This document shows, piece after piece, positions 1 to 10,334 of a stretch of DNA of 64,000 bases. Position 1 is the first letter of the stretch; every line of letters begins with the position of its first letter. The translations under genes were made by a program, and so were the position numbers. The notes below the pieces were generated by a model, which saw only the letters and a program-made list of their open reading frames with translations, was not told the DNA's origin and searched no databases. Source of the DNA: Schizochytrium sp. TIO01 (lineage: Eukaryota; Protista; Bigyra: Labyrinthulomycetes); contig SMSO01000032.1 of NCBI GenBank assembly GCA_004764695.1, positions 2,914,001 through 2,978,000 of the forward strand, given 5' to 3'.

Positions 1-119
1 CAGATAACAAGCAAGCGAACCCTCAAGAAAAAGCCTACTAATAGCAAGCAAGCTCAGGAAGTTCATCTCTGCAAAGACTAGGAAAGGCGAGGCGAGGTAA
101 AACAAGTTGATCTGTGAAG

Positions 120-1223
120 ATGACAGGAAAAGCTTGGGATGGCAAAGCTCCGGCAGGCCCTGTCCTGGGTACCATGAACTGGGGCTTTGAGGCGCAGGTA
201 AGCCAGGAAGTCGCTGGTGAAATGCTTGCTGAGTATGTCAAGGTATGCGAGGAAATGGGATACGATATCATTCTTGATACAGCCCGTGTTTATCAGCTTG
301 GACAGACTGAAGAAATCATTGGGAACTTGCTCCAAGAAAATGATAAACCTTGGTCTGGCAAGAAAATTCAGGTCCACACCAAGGCCTCACCGCCTGTAGG
401 TCCTCTCAGTAAGAGCGGTGTTCGTGAGCAGCTCGAGGCCAGTCTGAAGGCTTTGAAGATGGACTGCGTTGACGTATACTACTTGCACCAACCTGATATG
501 CGTGTAGACATTGAGGAGACCCTTGAGGTTTGCAACGAACTGCACAAAGAGGGTAAGTTTAAAGAACTTGGTGTATCTGTTTTTGCAGCCTGGGATGTTG
601 TGAGATGCGTCACCTTGTGCAGAGAGAAAGGCTGGGTTGAGCCCACTGTCTACCAGGGTCTGTATAACCCAATTTCACGCGGCCTAGACCCCGAGCTCTT
701 TCCGGCAGTGCGTAGCTACAAGCTGCGTGTATACATCTTCAACCCGCTTGCAGGTGGTCTTTTGACTGGTCGCTACGCGTCTGTCGAGGATATCAAGGGG
801 GCTACTGAAGGCCGCTTTTCTTCGGAATTTGACTTTGTTCCCAAATCACAAGAACATAGTTTTAAGGGTTACGGAGCTAAAGCCTACCAAGGTCTCTATG
901 GCAGGGATGAGATGTTTAGTGCCCTTCAACTTCTCGTCGACGAGTGTGGCAGAGACAACATGGTTGAAAAGACAATCTCGTGGCTCCGTTTCTGCTCTTA
1001 TTTGTCTTCGCCAGATGGCATTATCTTTGGCGCAAGTAAAACTGCACATGTTAAGAGTAACCTGATTGCCTTTAGCGAGGGTAAACCTCTGAGCGAAAAG
1101 GAACAAGCCGCCTTCGCTACGGCTGCTCGTCTTTCTAAGCCCTTTCAGCCGGGGTATACTCGTGGGTATGGTTCTCTTCCCGGTACGGAGGACATCATTA
1201 TGAAGAAGTTCAAAGATAATTAA
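120..1223 (+). CDS. Aldo-keto reductase, AKR7 / aflatoxin B1 aldehyde reductase-like
   Basis: Single ORF, first ATG at 120. Motifs LGTMNWG, LDTARVY (catalytic Asp/Tyr), HTKA (Lys), YYLHQPD (His), PTVYQGLYN and NPLAGGLLTG are typical of AKR7. Confidence 0.9.
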   Translation: MTGKAWDGKAPAGPVLGTMNWGFEAQVSQEVAGEMLAEYVKVCEEMGYDIILDTARVYQLGQTEEIIGNLLQENDKPWSGKKIQVHTKASPPVGPLSKSGVREQLEASLKALKMDCVDVYYLHQPDMRVDIEETLEVCNELHKEGKFKELGVSVFAAWDVVRCVTLCREKGWVEPTVYQGLYNPISRGLDPELFPAVRSYKLRVYIFNPLAGGLLTGRYASVEDIKGATEGRFSSEFDFVPKSQEHSFKGYGAKAYQGLYGRDEMFSALQLLVDECGRDNMVEKTISWLRFCSYLSSPDGIIFGASKTAHVKSNLIAFSEGKPLSEKEQAAFATAARLSKPFQPGYTRGYGSLPGTEDIIMKKFKDN

Positions 1224-1915
1224 AATTCCTTGGATCTGCACCAATCTCTCCTCACTTACTTTCTTGTTGTGCTCTGTCTTCTGATAGTAAGGTAAATAAT
1301 GGAAATTTTCTTTTTGAGTTATGTGGGGATGCCACAAGGTCTCAAACACTGATTCCCACATCTCTTCTTCTTTTGTTTTGCAGATGTTGTTACTAAAAAG
1401 ATAATGGATGAGAAAAATATATTCTCCCCTAAATGAATGTGATGTAATACCACATTATATCCTTAACAACAAAATGTGGCTTACTAGTTGTAATATGCTT
1501 TTTATTTGAATGTTCTTTCTTGCTATTTACTTTTCCAATCAGGCTTTCATATGCACTCAGAATATACGTGGACTCCGAATTGAGCTGATGCTGCGCCTGT
1601 ATCATTGAAACGGTGCCTCTCGAAGTTAAGAAGTAGTATGTTATTTTTTGTTTTTTTAAAGTGAAAGAAAAGGCTATATATATATTTAGAAATTTGCGGA
1701 ACTCATTTTATCAACGGCTATAAGAGTGAACTTGGAGCACGTGCACACTTGCGCCGCTTCATCAGAAAATCTATTCGTCTATGACAACAGTTTAGACATG
1801 GGCTAACCTTGCACTATCGTGAGCAAACTATCGCTGACAAGAGTATCCTAACTCTGAGTAAACCCTTAGAAAGTCCAAGGCTTGGTAGATATTGCGATTT
1901 TTCGGAGGGTGAAAG

Positions 1916-4327
1916 ATGAGGCCCCGTATGGCACATGCAGCACCGAGCCGGCATCGCAAGCATTCCTCAGGGCGCCAGCTGCTTGATTTCGGAGAGCCTA
2001 TTTACAAAGCTGGAGCAAGAATCTTGTTGACAGATGTCAAGGCCAAAATCACCAAACGGGTCTATATACCCCTTGAATTATGCCTCGAGAAACTCTCGGA
2101 CGACACAATTATATATGGCGGTGAAAACTCAGTAGTACCACGTGCGGGAAGGGCTCTCTGCATTATTGCCCAAGAGCCAAAGTCACGATCAAAAGCTAAA
2201 GTTATTTTACGAGCTGCGGACCTCGATGCCTTCAAAAATAAGCTTGACACACGAACATCGGAGGAAGGACTTGAGAAAATGCAACAGTGGCTAAAATCCG
2301 CGACGGGAAGCGGGATGCCCACCAGTTCTATTTTGACATCTCTTCTGGGTCAACTTCTTTATTGTACAAAAGGTAGAAACAATTTTGAAGTTTCTTGTGA
2401 TGCAATGCGCTTAACGAAACTAAAGCAAGCAGTCCATCAAAGAGAGAATCGCCACCAGGCAATTTCAACCGATGTGCCACGAGAAATTAAATTGGTGCCA
2501 GAAGCACACCCAACTTATCGATCGTTCAATGAGATAGATGAAGCTGAAGAAGAGAAGGCAGAGACAGGATTTCGAAACCAGCAACAAATGAAACTGGACA
2601 ATCAACGGGTACGGAGCGCAAGTATCTCTGGATCTTCTGCAACGCAATTAGAGCTTGCAGAAGCTACGATGAAGTCAATCAGCAATGAACTGGCTAGTCA
2701 AGAAAACGCACGATTTGAACAAGAGGTGATGTCAAAGGCCTCCACAACAAATGCTATTTACAAATTGAATGAGCTTCGTAGTGAGCGAGAAAAGCGAAAT
2801 CAAGATAATCGAGCCTACAGAGAAAAAATGCAAGAAGCACTTGCAGCAAATGATCTCGTTCGCAAGCTTGAAGCCAAAACGCGAAGAGATAAGGTGCGAC
2901 ATATTAGAGAAATGAACCGTATGAAATGGAGCTGCTTTCCATTTGCAAACTCAGGACGATGGCAAAAAGGTACGGTGATTGGCCCAGGGCCGCTGCCCAT
3001 TCGAAAGCTAGCTTTGCTTCGAAGACCATCATCCTCGAGCTCTTCTTCAGCATCGCCTGAAACTGACTCAAATTTCCCTGGGCGAGAGGAAGCAAAGTGT
3101 GGCCGCACAAAACGAGAACGGCTTGGCGCAGCTTTTGAACTATTGCGTGGCCTTGCCAAAACATATGATACTCATTACTTAGACTTCGACCGGGCATTTC
3201 ATCGACTCGACAAAGGCTCACGAGGTTTTGTAAGCCCAAATGATTTACAACTCATGCTACGCCCATTTGACCTCACAACAGATGACTTTGAGCTCCTATG
3301 GTCTCATCTAGATCGAGATGATTCAGGTTTTATTACAAAGGATGACCTCGTTTGGGGGTTCTACAATAAACGACAGTTATTACGAGAAGCAGAACAAGAA
3401 GATGACACTGTTCTATTTAGAGCAGACATCCTAGATCGCATAACGCACCCAGTGGAAGATGCCCATGGCGCGGATAGTGCAAACTTAGTCACGAGGAGTA
3501 CCAACGGAGAGCCAGCAGCAGCAGCAGTCACAAGGGTCCAAATTCGAATCTCCGATGTGTGCTATCTTGAAAACGTCCCCGTTGGATTCGAAGTATTTTG
3601 TATTGCGTCATGTTGCCAAATTTGTCGCGAAGAAGGAGAGGATACGCTTGTCATCTCAAGTGAAGATCGTAGTGATCCTGCTCTAACGTATATCGGGAGT
3701 CCTGCAAAGCCACCCTCTCGGCATTATAGCCGTCTCACCGCATCGCCACTCACCTCTGCCTCATGGGGCCCTGATCCGAGCCAGTCCATCATTCTCTCAA
3801 ACGTAGTGACAAATCAAGTTGAAATGCAGCATCTACTACTAGAGTTTCGAGCAACTACTCCGGGTGCAACATCGGACGTGCAGTCCCTGTTTCTTGGCGA
3901 ACTCTTCTTTCCTTTAGCGCAACTTGACCTAGGCACCGCAAATGGTCCGCGATGGTTACATTTGCAACACGGTGACCACGGAGGTCAAGTTCAACTTCAG
4001 GTCCGGGTAGGTAAGCATCCTAAAATTCTCGCAGCAAACGTAAATCAAAACTCTGATCCAGTTTCTGAGCCGAAACATCCTCCTCTAAGCACAAATTTTG
4101 AAAAACATGACTTTGAGAGTGAAAAGGCTGCTGCACAGGGTATCTTACTTTCACTTCTTGACGGTGCTGTCAATTCAGCATTTGACAGAAAGTCCTCTAC
4201 TTTTACCAAGGGTAACCCATCTCAATTTTCTAGTGGTGAGCTCACGGATGGCAGATTTGGGGAAGAACGACGTGCCGCACGTCAACAGCTCGAATCACTT
4301 CTAGGGCTTACATTTGCTCAGAAATAG
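1916..4327 (+). CDS. Uncharacterised 803-aa protein with coiled coil, EF-hand pair and probable C2 domain
   Basis: Long ATG-initiated ORF. EF-hand loops AFHRLDKGSRGFVSPNDL and LWSHLDRDDSGFITKDDL. C2-like C-terminal strands FLGELFFPLAQL...WLHLQ...GQVQLQVRV. Charged helical stretch around aa 200-335. Confidence 0.75.
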   Translation: MRPRMAHAAPSRHRKHSSGRQLLDFGEPIYKAGARILLTDVKAKITKRVYIPLELCLEKLSDDTIIYGGENSVVPRAGRALCIIAQEPKSRSKAKVILRAADLDAFKNKLDTRTSEEGLEKMQQWLKSATGSGMPTSSILTSLLGQLLYCTKGRNNFEVSCDAMRLTKLKQAVHQRENRHQAISTDVPREIKLVPEAHPTYRSFNEIDEAEEEKAETGFRNQQQMKLDNQRVRSASISGSSATQLELAEATMKSISNELASQENARFEQEVMSKASTTNAIYKLNELRSEREKRNQDNRAYREKMQEALAANDLVRKLEAKTRRDKVRHIREMNRMKWSCFPFANSGRWQKGTVIGPGPLPIRKLALLRRPSSSSSSSASPETDSNFPGREEAKCGRTKRERLGAAFELLRGLAKTYDTHYLDFDRAFHRLDKGSRGFVSPNDLQLMLRPFDLTTDDFELLWSHLDRDDSGFITKDDLVWGFYNKRQLLREAEQEDDTVLFRADILDRITHPVEDAHGADSANLVTRSTNGEPAAAAVTRVQIRISDVCYLENVPVGFEVFCIASCCQICREEGEDTLVISSEDRSDPALTYIGSPAKPPSRHYSRLTASPLTSASWGPDPSQSIILSNVVTNQVEMQHLLLEFRATTPGATSDVQSLFLGELFFPLAQLDLGTANGPRWLHLQHGDHGGQVQLQVRVGKHPKILAANVNQNSDPVSEPKHPPLSTNFEKHDFESEKAAAQGILLSLLDGAVNSAFDRKSSTFTKGNPSQFSSGELTDGRFGEERRAARQQLESLLGLTFAQK

Positions 4328-4549
4328 TAAAAGCTTCTATAATTAAATAACTAAAACAAGCAGGAAAAGTAATTTTTAAGAATGCTACTCTTCGTTCACG
4401 CCAAGGAAAATTACCTTCAAGTACATTGACATTTAGTACAAAGAGGATCGTTCATTGAATGAATGAGGAGATGGATTTTGAGAAAAGAAAAGAATGAAAC
4501 GTCAATATGCTGTGTTTTAGAAGTTGTTTGTAAAATTATAGCTGAAAGT

Positions 4550-7500
4550 TTATCGGCGTCCACGACCACGGCCTCGGCCACCACGACCACCGCGACCACC
4601 GCGTCCACCACGACCACCTTTATGTTGGCGGCGGGCCTCTGCAAATTTGTGAGACTGTTGCTTCTCCAACCATTTGGACTCCTTAGAAGGCATCTCATCG
4701 CGGTCGAGAAGGTTGGCGAATGCATCCGCATCTGCAAAGCTTGCGGGCCCCTTGTTGCTGCGCTTGCGAGGACGATCATTATCATCATCATCTTCTTCGT
4801 CTTCGTCTTCATCATCGTCATCATCCTCAGAGTCGGAGTTTGCGAAGGCCTGGCCAGCAACATCGTCGTCGGACATCTCAGAATCCTCATCGTCATCGTC
4901 ATCGTCAAGACCCATCGCTGCAGCCATGGCAGCTTCTTCATCATCATCATCTGAGTCAGAGTCCTCGTCCTCAAAGAGATGAGCATCGGTATCACCACTT
5001 GTACTCTTCTTAGTTGTGTCTTCGTCATCACTGTAGTCCAAAGCACCGTCCTCGAGTCCATCGAGGTCGTCAAGATCGGCCTTACCGAAGGTCCTAGAGA
5101 GCATTCTCTCGGCAAGATCATCAGCGTAGGTATCCATGCGATCCTCCTCCTCATCGGCGGCCAAGAAGGAGTCCTTCTGCTCTGACCCTTTCTGCATTTT
5201 CTCGTACAAGTCGCTACGAAGGTTGCGGTTGTTGCTCTCTGCCTGGCGGTGAAAGTATTCGTGGAAGAATTGCTCCTCAACGGGCACGTCTTCCTGAGGC
5301 TTGAGCAAGAACTTCGCAGAGTTGACGGGAGCGGCGGTAGCCTTGCGACCCATTCGCGACAAGCGACCATGGACACCAAAAGCGTTCTTGGATTCCTTGA
5401 GGGTGTCGATATCCTTCTGACGCGGGTTACGGTACACAAATCGGTCCAAGAAGGCAGTTCCACTGAAGTCGCGCAGAGGATCACCAGAGTATTGCACGCT
5501 GCCCGGGTTCTTCAGCATATCCTGTGCGAACTTACGCACAGACGGGTGATAATGGCGCAGGAAGGTTGAGATCTCCCAGAGTTTGCAGTTCTTTCCACAA
5601 CCAGCAAAACGCGGTTCGCGTTTTGTTGGGTCGTAGTCTGTATCATCGTTGTCTTCCAAGTCAGGGTTTTCATCAACCTCCTTCGGTTGGCTGGCGTTTT
5701 CCTCATCCTCATCCTCATCTTCATCTTCACTATCATCGCCGGTCGTCACCAAGAGTTTCGGGGCGGGTACCTGTGCATCATCGTCCTTCTCTTCCTCATC
5801 ATCGTCTTCATCTTTGGGAGCCTTCTTGTCAGAGTTTTCACTCTCTTTAGTCTCCTCCTTTTCTTGATCTGCGATTACCAGATTCTCATCAACGATCATG
5901 GCCCCGAGCTTCGGGTGAACGCGGATGATGGAGGACACCAGAACAAGAACACCGGCGGCAAAGGGTGCTGGAGAGTTGGATGCAACCTGGAGCATGCGTT
6001 TGAGAAAAGCCCTGATACGGGGCAGAATGACATCGCGCTTTACGGCGCGGTAGAGCACATTGAGGAACATAGTCTGCTTTGACGAGGAGCGTAATTCGTC
6101 TGACAAGAGTACAGCGTACAGCGAGCGGAAGAACCGATCCGACAGAGCATTACGTGAGATCATAATCTGCAGCAACAGCATGAGTGCCTGTGTTGCTGTT
6201 GCGAATGTGCTCACGTGGACCATCTTGAACAATGTGTCGATCTGCTCGTCAAAGTCAGCGCCTTGGCTGTTGGCGTACGGGAAAGCTCGGTTCACACCAG
6301 TAAGAATTGCGGACAGGAGTCTCGATTTGATCTCGTCCATTGTCACTTCTACAGTTGGGTCACTGCCGGAGTCCTTCTTGTGATGCTTCTTCATCTTCTT
6401 ACCGCCCTTCTTGCCCTTGCGGCCTCGCTTCTTGCTACTGGTAACGACAACTTGCGCGGGGGTTGCGGTATCTCCGATATTGTCGAGGCCCATGAAGTGT
6501 TTGAACAGGCGGATGTAGATCTTGATGAGCTTGCGAGCGAGCTCCTCGTCGTTTTCGCGCTGCAGCACAATCTGGTTCAGGAACACTGTGCCGTAGTAGA
6601 TGCCTCTCGCCGGGGTGCGTGGGCGGAACATAAACTGCTCAACCTCAGTGGCGACAACCAGGCGCATGTTCGGGTGAGCGTCTAGCAGCTGGCTGAGAAG
6701 GTACACGACGTGCGATGCGAGGCGTCGCGTGGTGTCACCGAGTTTGTTAACCATGATCATGAGGAGCATTTGTTCCTGCTCAGGCTTTTCGCGGAGCATA
6801 CGGTACACAGTAGATACGGCCTTGCGCTTGGTAAACTCGACAGTATCAAAGGACCATTGTTCTAGGCCACGTACGAACTGCAGGTACTTGGCCTTGATCT
6901 CACCCTCAAGCATCCAGTACTTGAGGTGTTTGTCAGTGATCTTCTTGCGTCCGGCAACGCTCAGCGATTCGATTTGCTCGCTGAAGGATTTAAGGCCGCG
7001 GTCAGAAGGAAGAAGGTTATTAATGAAGAGATCCGCGAGAGCATCCATCGCAAGCTCTGCCTCGCGACGACCCTTTTTGGAGGTCATAGAGACGAGAGAT
7101 TCGAGAGTCTCAAGCTGCTCGAGTGGAGCAGAGGATACTGTCAACGCCATAGCGGCGACCTTATCAGAGAGAGTACCAGAGCGCATAACCTTCCGCATCC
7201 ACTGTGCGTCGGCGTCATCCTTACGCTTGACGGAGTTTTCGCGACTGTGTTTCTCAATGAGGGCTTCGGCCTTGGCCCTAAGCTTTGCGATGGCCTCAAA
7301 CTTTTCCCTCTTCAGTTTGGAACGAACGGAAGGCGCCATCTCCTCAATTGCTGCGGCATCCTCCTTCTCGAGCTCGCTCAGCTCTTTCGCTGCTTCCTCG
7401 TACCAGAGCGATACTTCTTCAGGCGGGATCTCGTCCTCATCATCGCCAGATGCTTCTTCGTATTCACCTTCTCCAGAATCATTTTCGTCATCGTCATCGG

Positions 7501-7863
7501 AGTCCTCATCACTGTCGTTCTGAAAGACCATGTGTTTTGAGCCCTTCTTGGCAGCCTTCACGTCCATGTCCATGTGATCTTCATCCTCGTCATCTTCGTC
7601 ATCATCCTCGTCACTTTCGCTTTTGTCTTCTTTGCCTTCTTTTCTTCATCATCTTTGATCTTGACGTTGTCCTCTTCGTCGCTCGAGCCCTCAAACTCAG
7701 GCTCCTCGTCAAAGTCTGACCTAGTCAAGGCCTTGGCAGAGCTTGAAGCCGGCAAGTTCAACTCCTTGAGCATGTCTTGAATATCCGCCTGAAGCGCATC
7801 GTCACTTTTGCGGCCACCCAGAGGCTTCTTGGGAGCCTTGGACTTAGTCTTGCGCTTGGCCAT
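4550..7863 (-). CDS. CEBPZ: CCAAT/enhancer-binding protein zeta / Noc1-Mak21 ribosome biogenesis factor (apparent 1-nt frameshift near 7640)
   Basis: CBF/Mak21 motifs SGTLSDKVAAM, KPEQEQMLL...VNKLGD, LLSAILTGVNRAFPY, YDPTKREP, HYHPSV and FLDRFVYRNP. The N-terminal ORF 7558..7863 (MAKRKTKSKAPKK...) joins the 1007-aa ORF if one base is added near 7640-7643, giving about 1104 aa. Confidence 0.9.
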
Positions 7864-8975
7864 CTTGCGTTTTGTGCAATCGACGAATCAACGCAGTCGA
7901 TCAATCGATCAGCGTCTCCCTACAGGCCGACCGACGGCCTCTAGGATACTTAAATTCAATGGAGCACGTCAAGAGCTCCGGAGTAGTCCTGACGCACAAT
8001 TGTCAGGCGTCGGAGACCCACTCGCGCGAGCGTAACTCGCAGGCAAGCGCGGTTCTCGAGGTGATTGTTGCCATCCTCTACCAACCAACCAGCCAGCAAT
8101 TCTGCGCAACGCATTTTCAAAGGTCTTATCATCTGAGATAAGACCTCTTAATGGCTTCTAGTAGTGTCTCCGCAACGCAATTCTATTCTGCAAATAGTGC
8201 TATGAGTAACTATAAGTACCATTGAAGTATTGAGATAAGTGGTCAGTCAGTGAGTGGACTGATAGAACTAGCAATGCGAAATGCAAGATGAGATACGGGT
8301 GAATTTAGTATAGCTCGTCATGAGCATCATTTGGGGGCGAGCTGAGAAAACAGAAGTATGGAGTACTGTTTTGATAATTTATTCGGCTGCTAATGGGAGT
8401 TCCGAATGAAAATTAAGAATTGTAGCGTGATTATACAATGGTTTTCATTGCGGTACGTAAAAGTACAAATCTTTAATTTATGACCAAAGTGAAGTCGAAA
8501 ACAACGTACAGATGCTACCACCATGGTGACAAGGGTTAGGAGCGCTATTTATCCCCCATGCTTAGGCAGATACTAGGAGTTTTTCGTTAAAAATATATAC
8601 AAAGCAAGGCATTTCATCAAAAACAAGAGACAATGATTATCTTCATAATGCAGTACTATGTGCCTTATTTGCGAGTAGGTGGCTACAGGTATATGTGTTT
8701 TGCTCGTTTGTTGACACAGCTTGGCTCTCTCCGTCGAGCCATCAACATTCTCACTTTGAGTATCAAAAATCTGTCAACTTGAGTGCATTCACACATTCAT
8801 GCACTTTTGCAATATTAAATCTACCTTCACAACCGGCCAAGTAGCGGTAGTCACAGAAATACACGCTTACTTTGTGATAAACACAACGCACAGCTTGTCT
8901 ACTGGTGGCCGATCCTATACCTTTACTGCTTGGCTATTTAAATGTCGCGCTCCATGATCGAGAGCTGCAGGGAAC

Positions 8976-10334
8976 TTAAGCAGAGGCAGCAACCTTCTCG
9001 TCCTCGGAGGAGAGCATACCAAGGCCCTCAAGAACAGCAGAGACAACCTTATCGAGGTTGAGGGTGTAAAAGTGCAAGCCCTTGACACCATTCTTAAGGA
9101 GAGTCTCACAGGTCTCAACGCCAAACTTGACAGCAAAACGATCTACAGCAGCCTCGTCATCCTTGATGGCCTCGAGCTCAGCGTACATTTGGGGGGTGAC
9201 ACGGGTCTTGCAAAAGGCACACATGCGCTTGTACCCAGCGTAAGAGGTAATGCACATGATGCCGGGGATAATGGGTACGTTAATACCGTACTCGCGGCAG
9301 GATTCGACAAAGCTAAGGAATACCTCGACATCGTAGAACATTTGAGTAACAACCATTTGAGCGCCAGCGTCAACCTTAGACTTCAGGTAGAGCATCTCCT
9401 CGTGGAAGTCAATGTCGCTGCACACATGGATAGATCCGTCATCCATACGTACAGCACGAGCCTCCTCGGTCGGAGTGAGGGTCTGGCCAGCAATGACCTT
9501 CTTGATCCGGGTCGGGTGGCCCTCAGGGTAACCAGCCACGGTGATGCAGAAAAGGTCGCCAGTCTTCTCGCGAATGTACCGAACGAGGTCAAGTGCACAG
9601 GAGAAACCGGTATCAACAGGCTTGAAGTCCTCCTGGCCGACAGGCGGGTCTCCACGGAGAGCAAGGATGTTGCGGATGCCGGCCTTCTCGGACTCAGCAA
9701 GGGCAATGTCAATCTTCTCGCGGGGCATGTTAGTGCAGGTGAGGTGCATGTTAGAAACGAGACCAAATCGCTTCTGGGCCTCATCGGCAAGCTCAAGGGT
9801 AAGGTCAGAGGTACTACCGCCAGCACCCCAGGTGAAGTCCGCATAGAGAGGTCCTGTGATTCATAAAATGTTCCATGTCCATCCACCAAATAAAGCAACG
9901 AAGTGAAGTAGAACAAATGTAGAGAGAGCATTGCGCAGGGGGATACATAGTATATTTTGCAGTTGTCGTTAGCCACATACCGTCTTCAAGTTGTACCAAA
10001 TGGTATGTACTGGGGAGGAGGAGACACGCGCAACCCCGAGGAGTTCTACATCCCATGTAGAAACAGACCCTCGAGAGCGAGTTGTTTGCACAAAAGAGCA
10101 TCAACTGCACTTGCACTATCCCTCGTACTCCTTCGCCGAAACTTCGCAGAGAGAATGTGTACAGATACCATCACACGCAGGTTTTAACTTACCGAGCTCC
10201 TTCATGCTTTCGAGGCGCTTGTACAGGTTGGCCACGCCCTTCTCCGTGCGTGGGGGATAGTACTCAAATGCAATCCACGGCTCATCGCCCTGAGCGGCGA
10301 CGAGGTCAGAGATCTTGGACGCAGGGGCGGTCAT
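8976..10334 (-). CDS. MTHFR: Methylenetetrahydrofolate reductase, catalytic domain only (339 aa); exons 10334-10193 and 9853-8976
   Basis: Exon 1 MTAPASK...FEYYPPRT...ELG ends at GTAAGT (10192). The acceptor ATCACAG (9854) restores the frame to PLYADFTWGAGGST. Motifs MHLTCTNM, NILALRGDPP, VAGYPEGH, KVDAGA..VTQMFYD and GLHFYTLN. Spliced length is 1020 nt. Confidence 0.93.

Noticed and set aside
4417-7780. Many long alternative-frame and antisense ORFs over CEBPZ (e.g. 4417..5484, 6729..7523)
   Set aside because: Shadows of a GC3-biased gene rich in acidic repeats, with no independent motifs.
9072-9866. 264-aa plus-strand ORF
   Set aside because: Antisense shadow of MTHFR exon 2.
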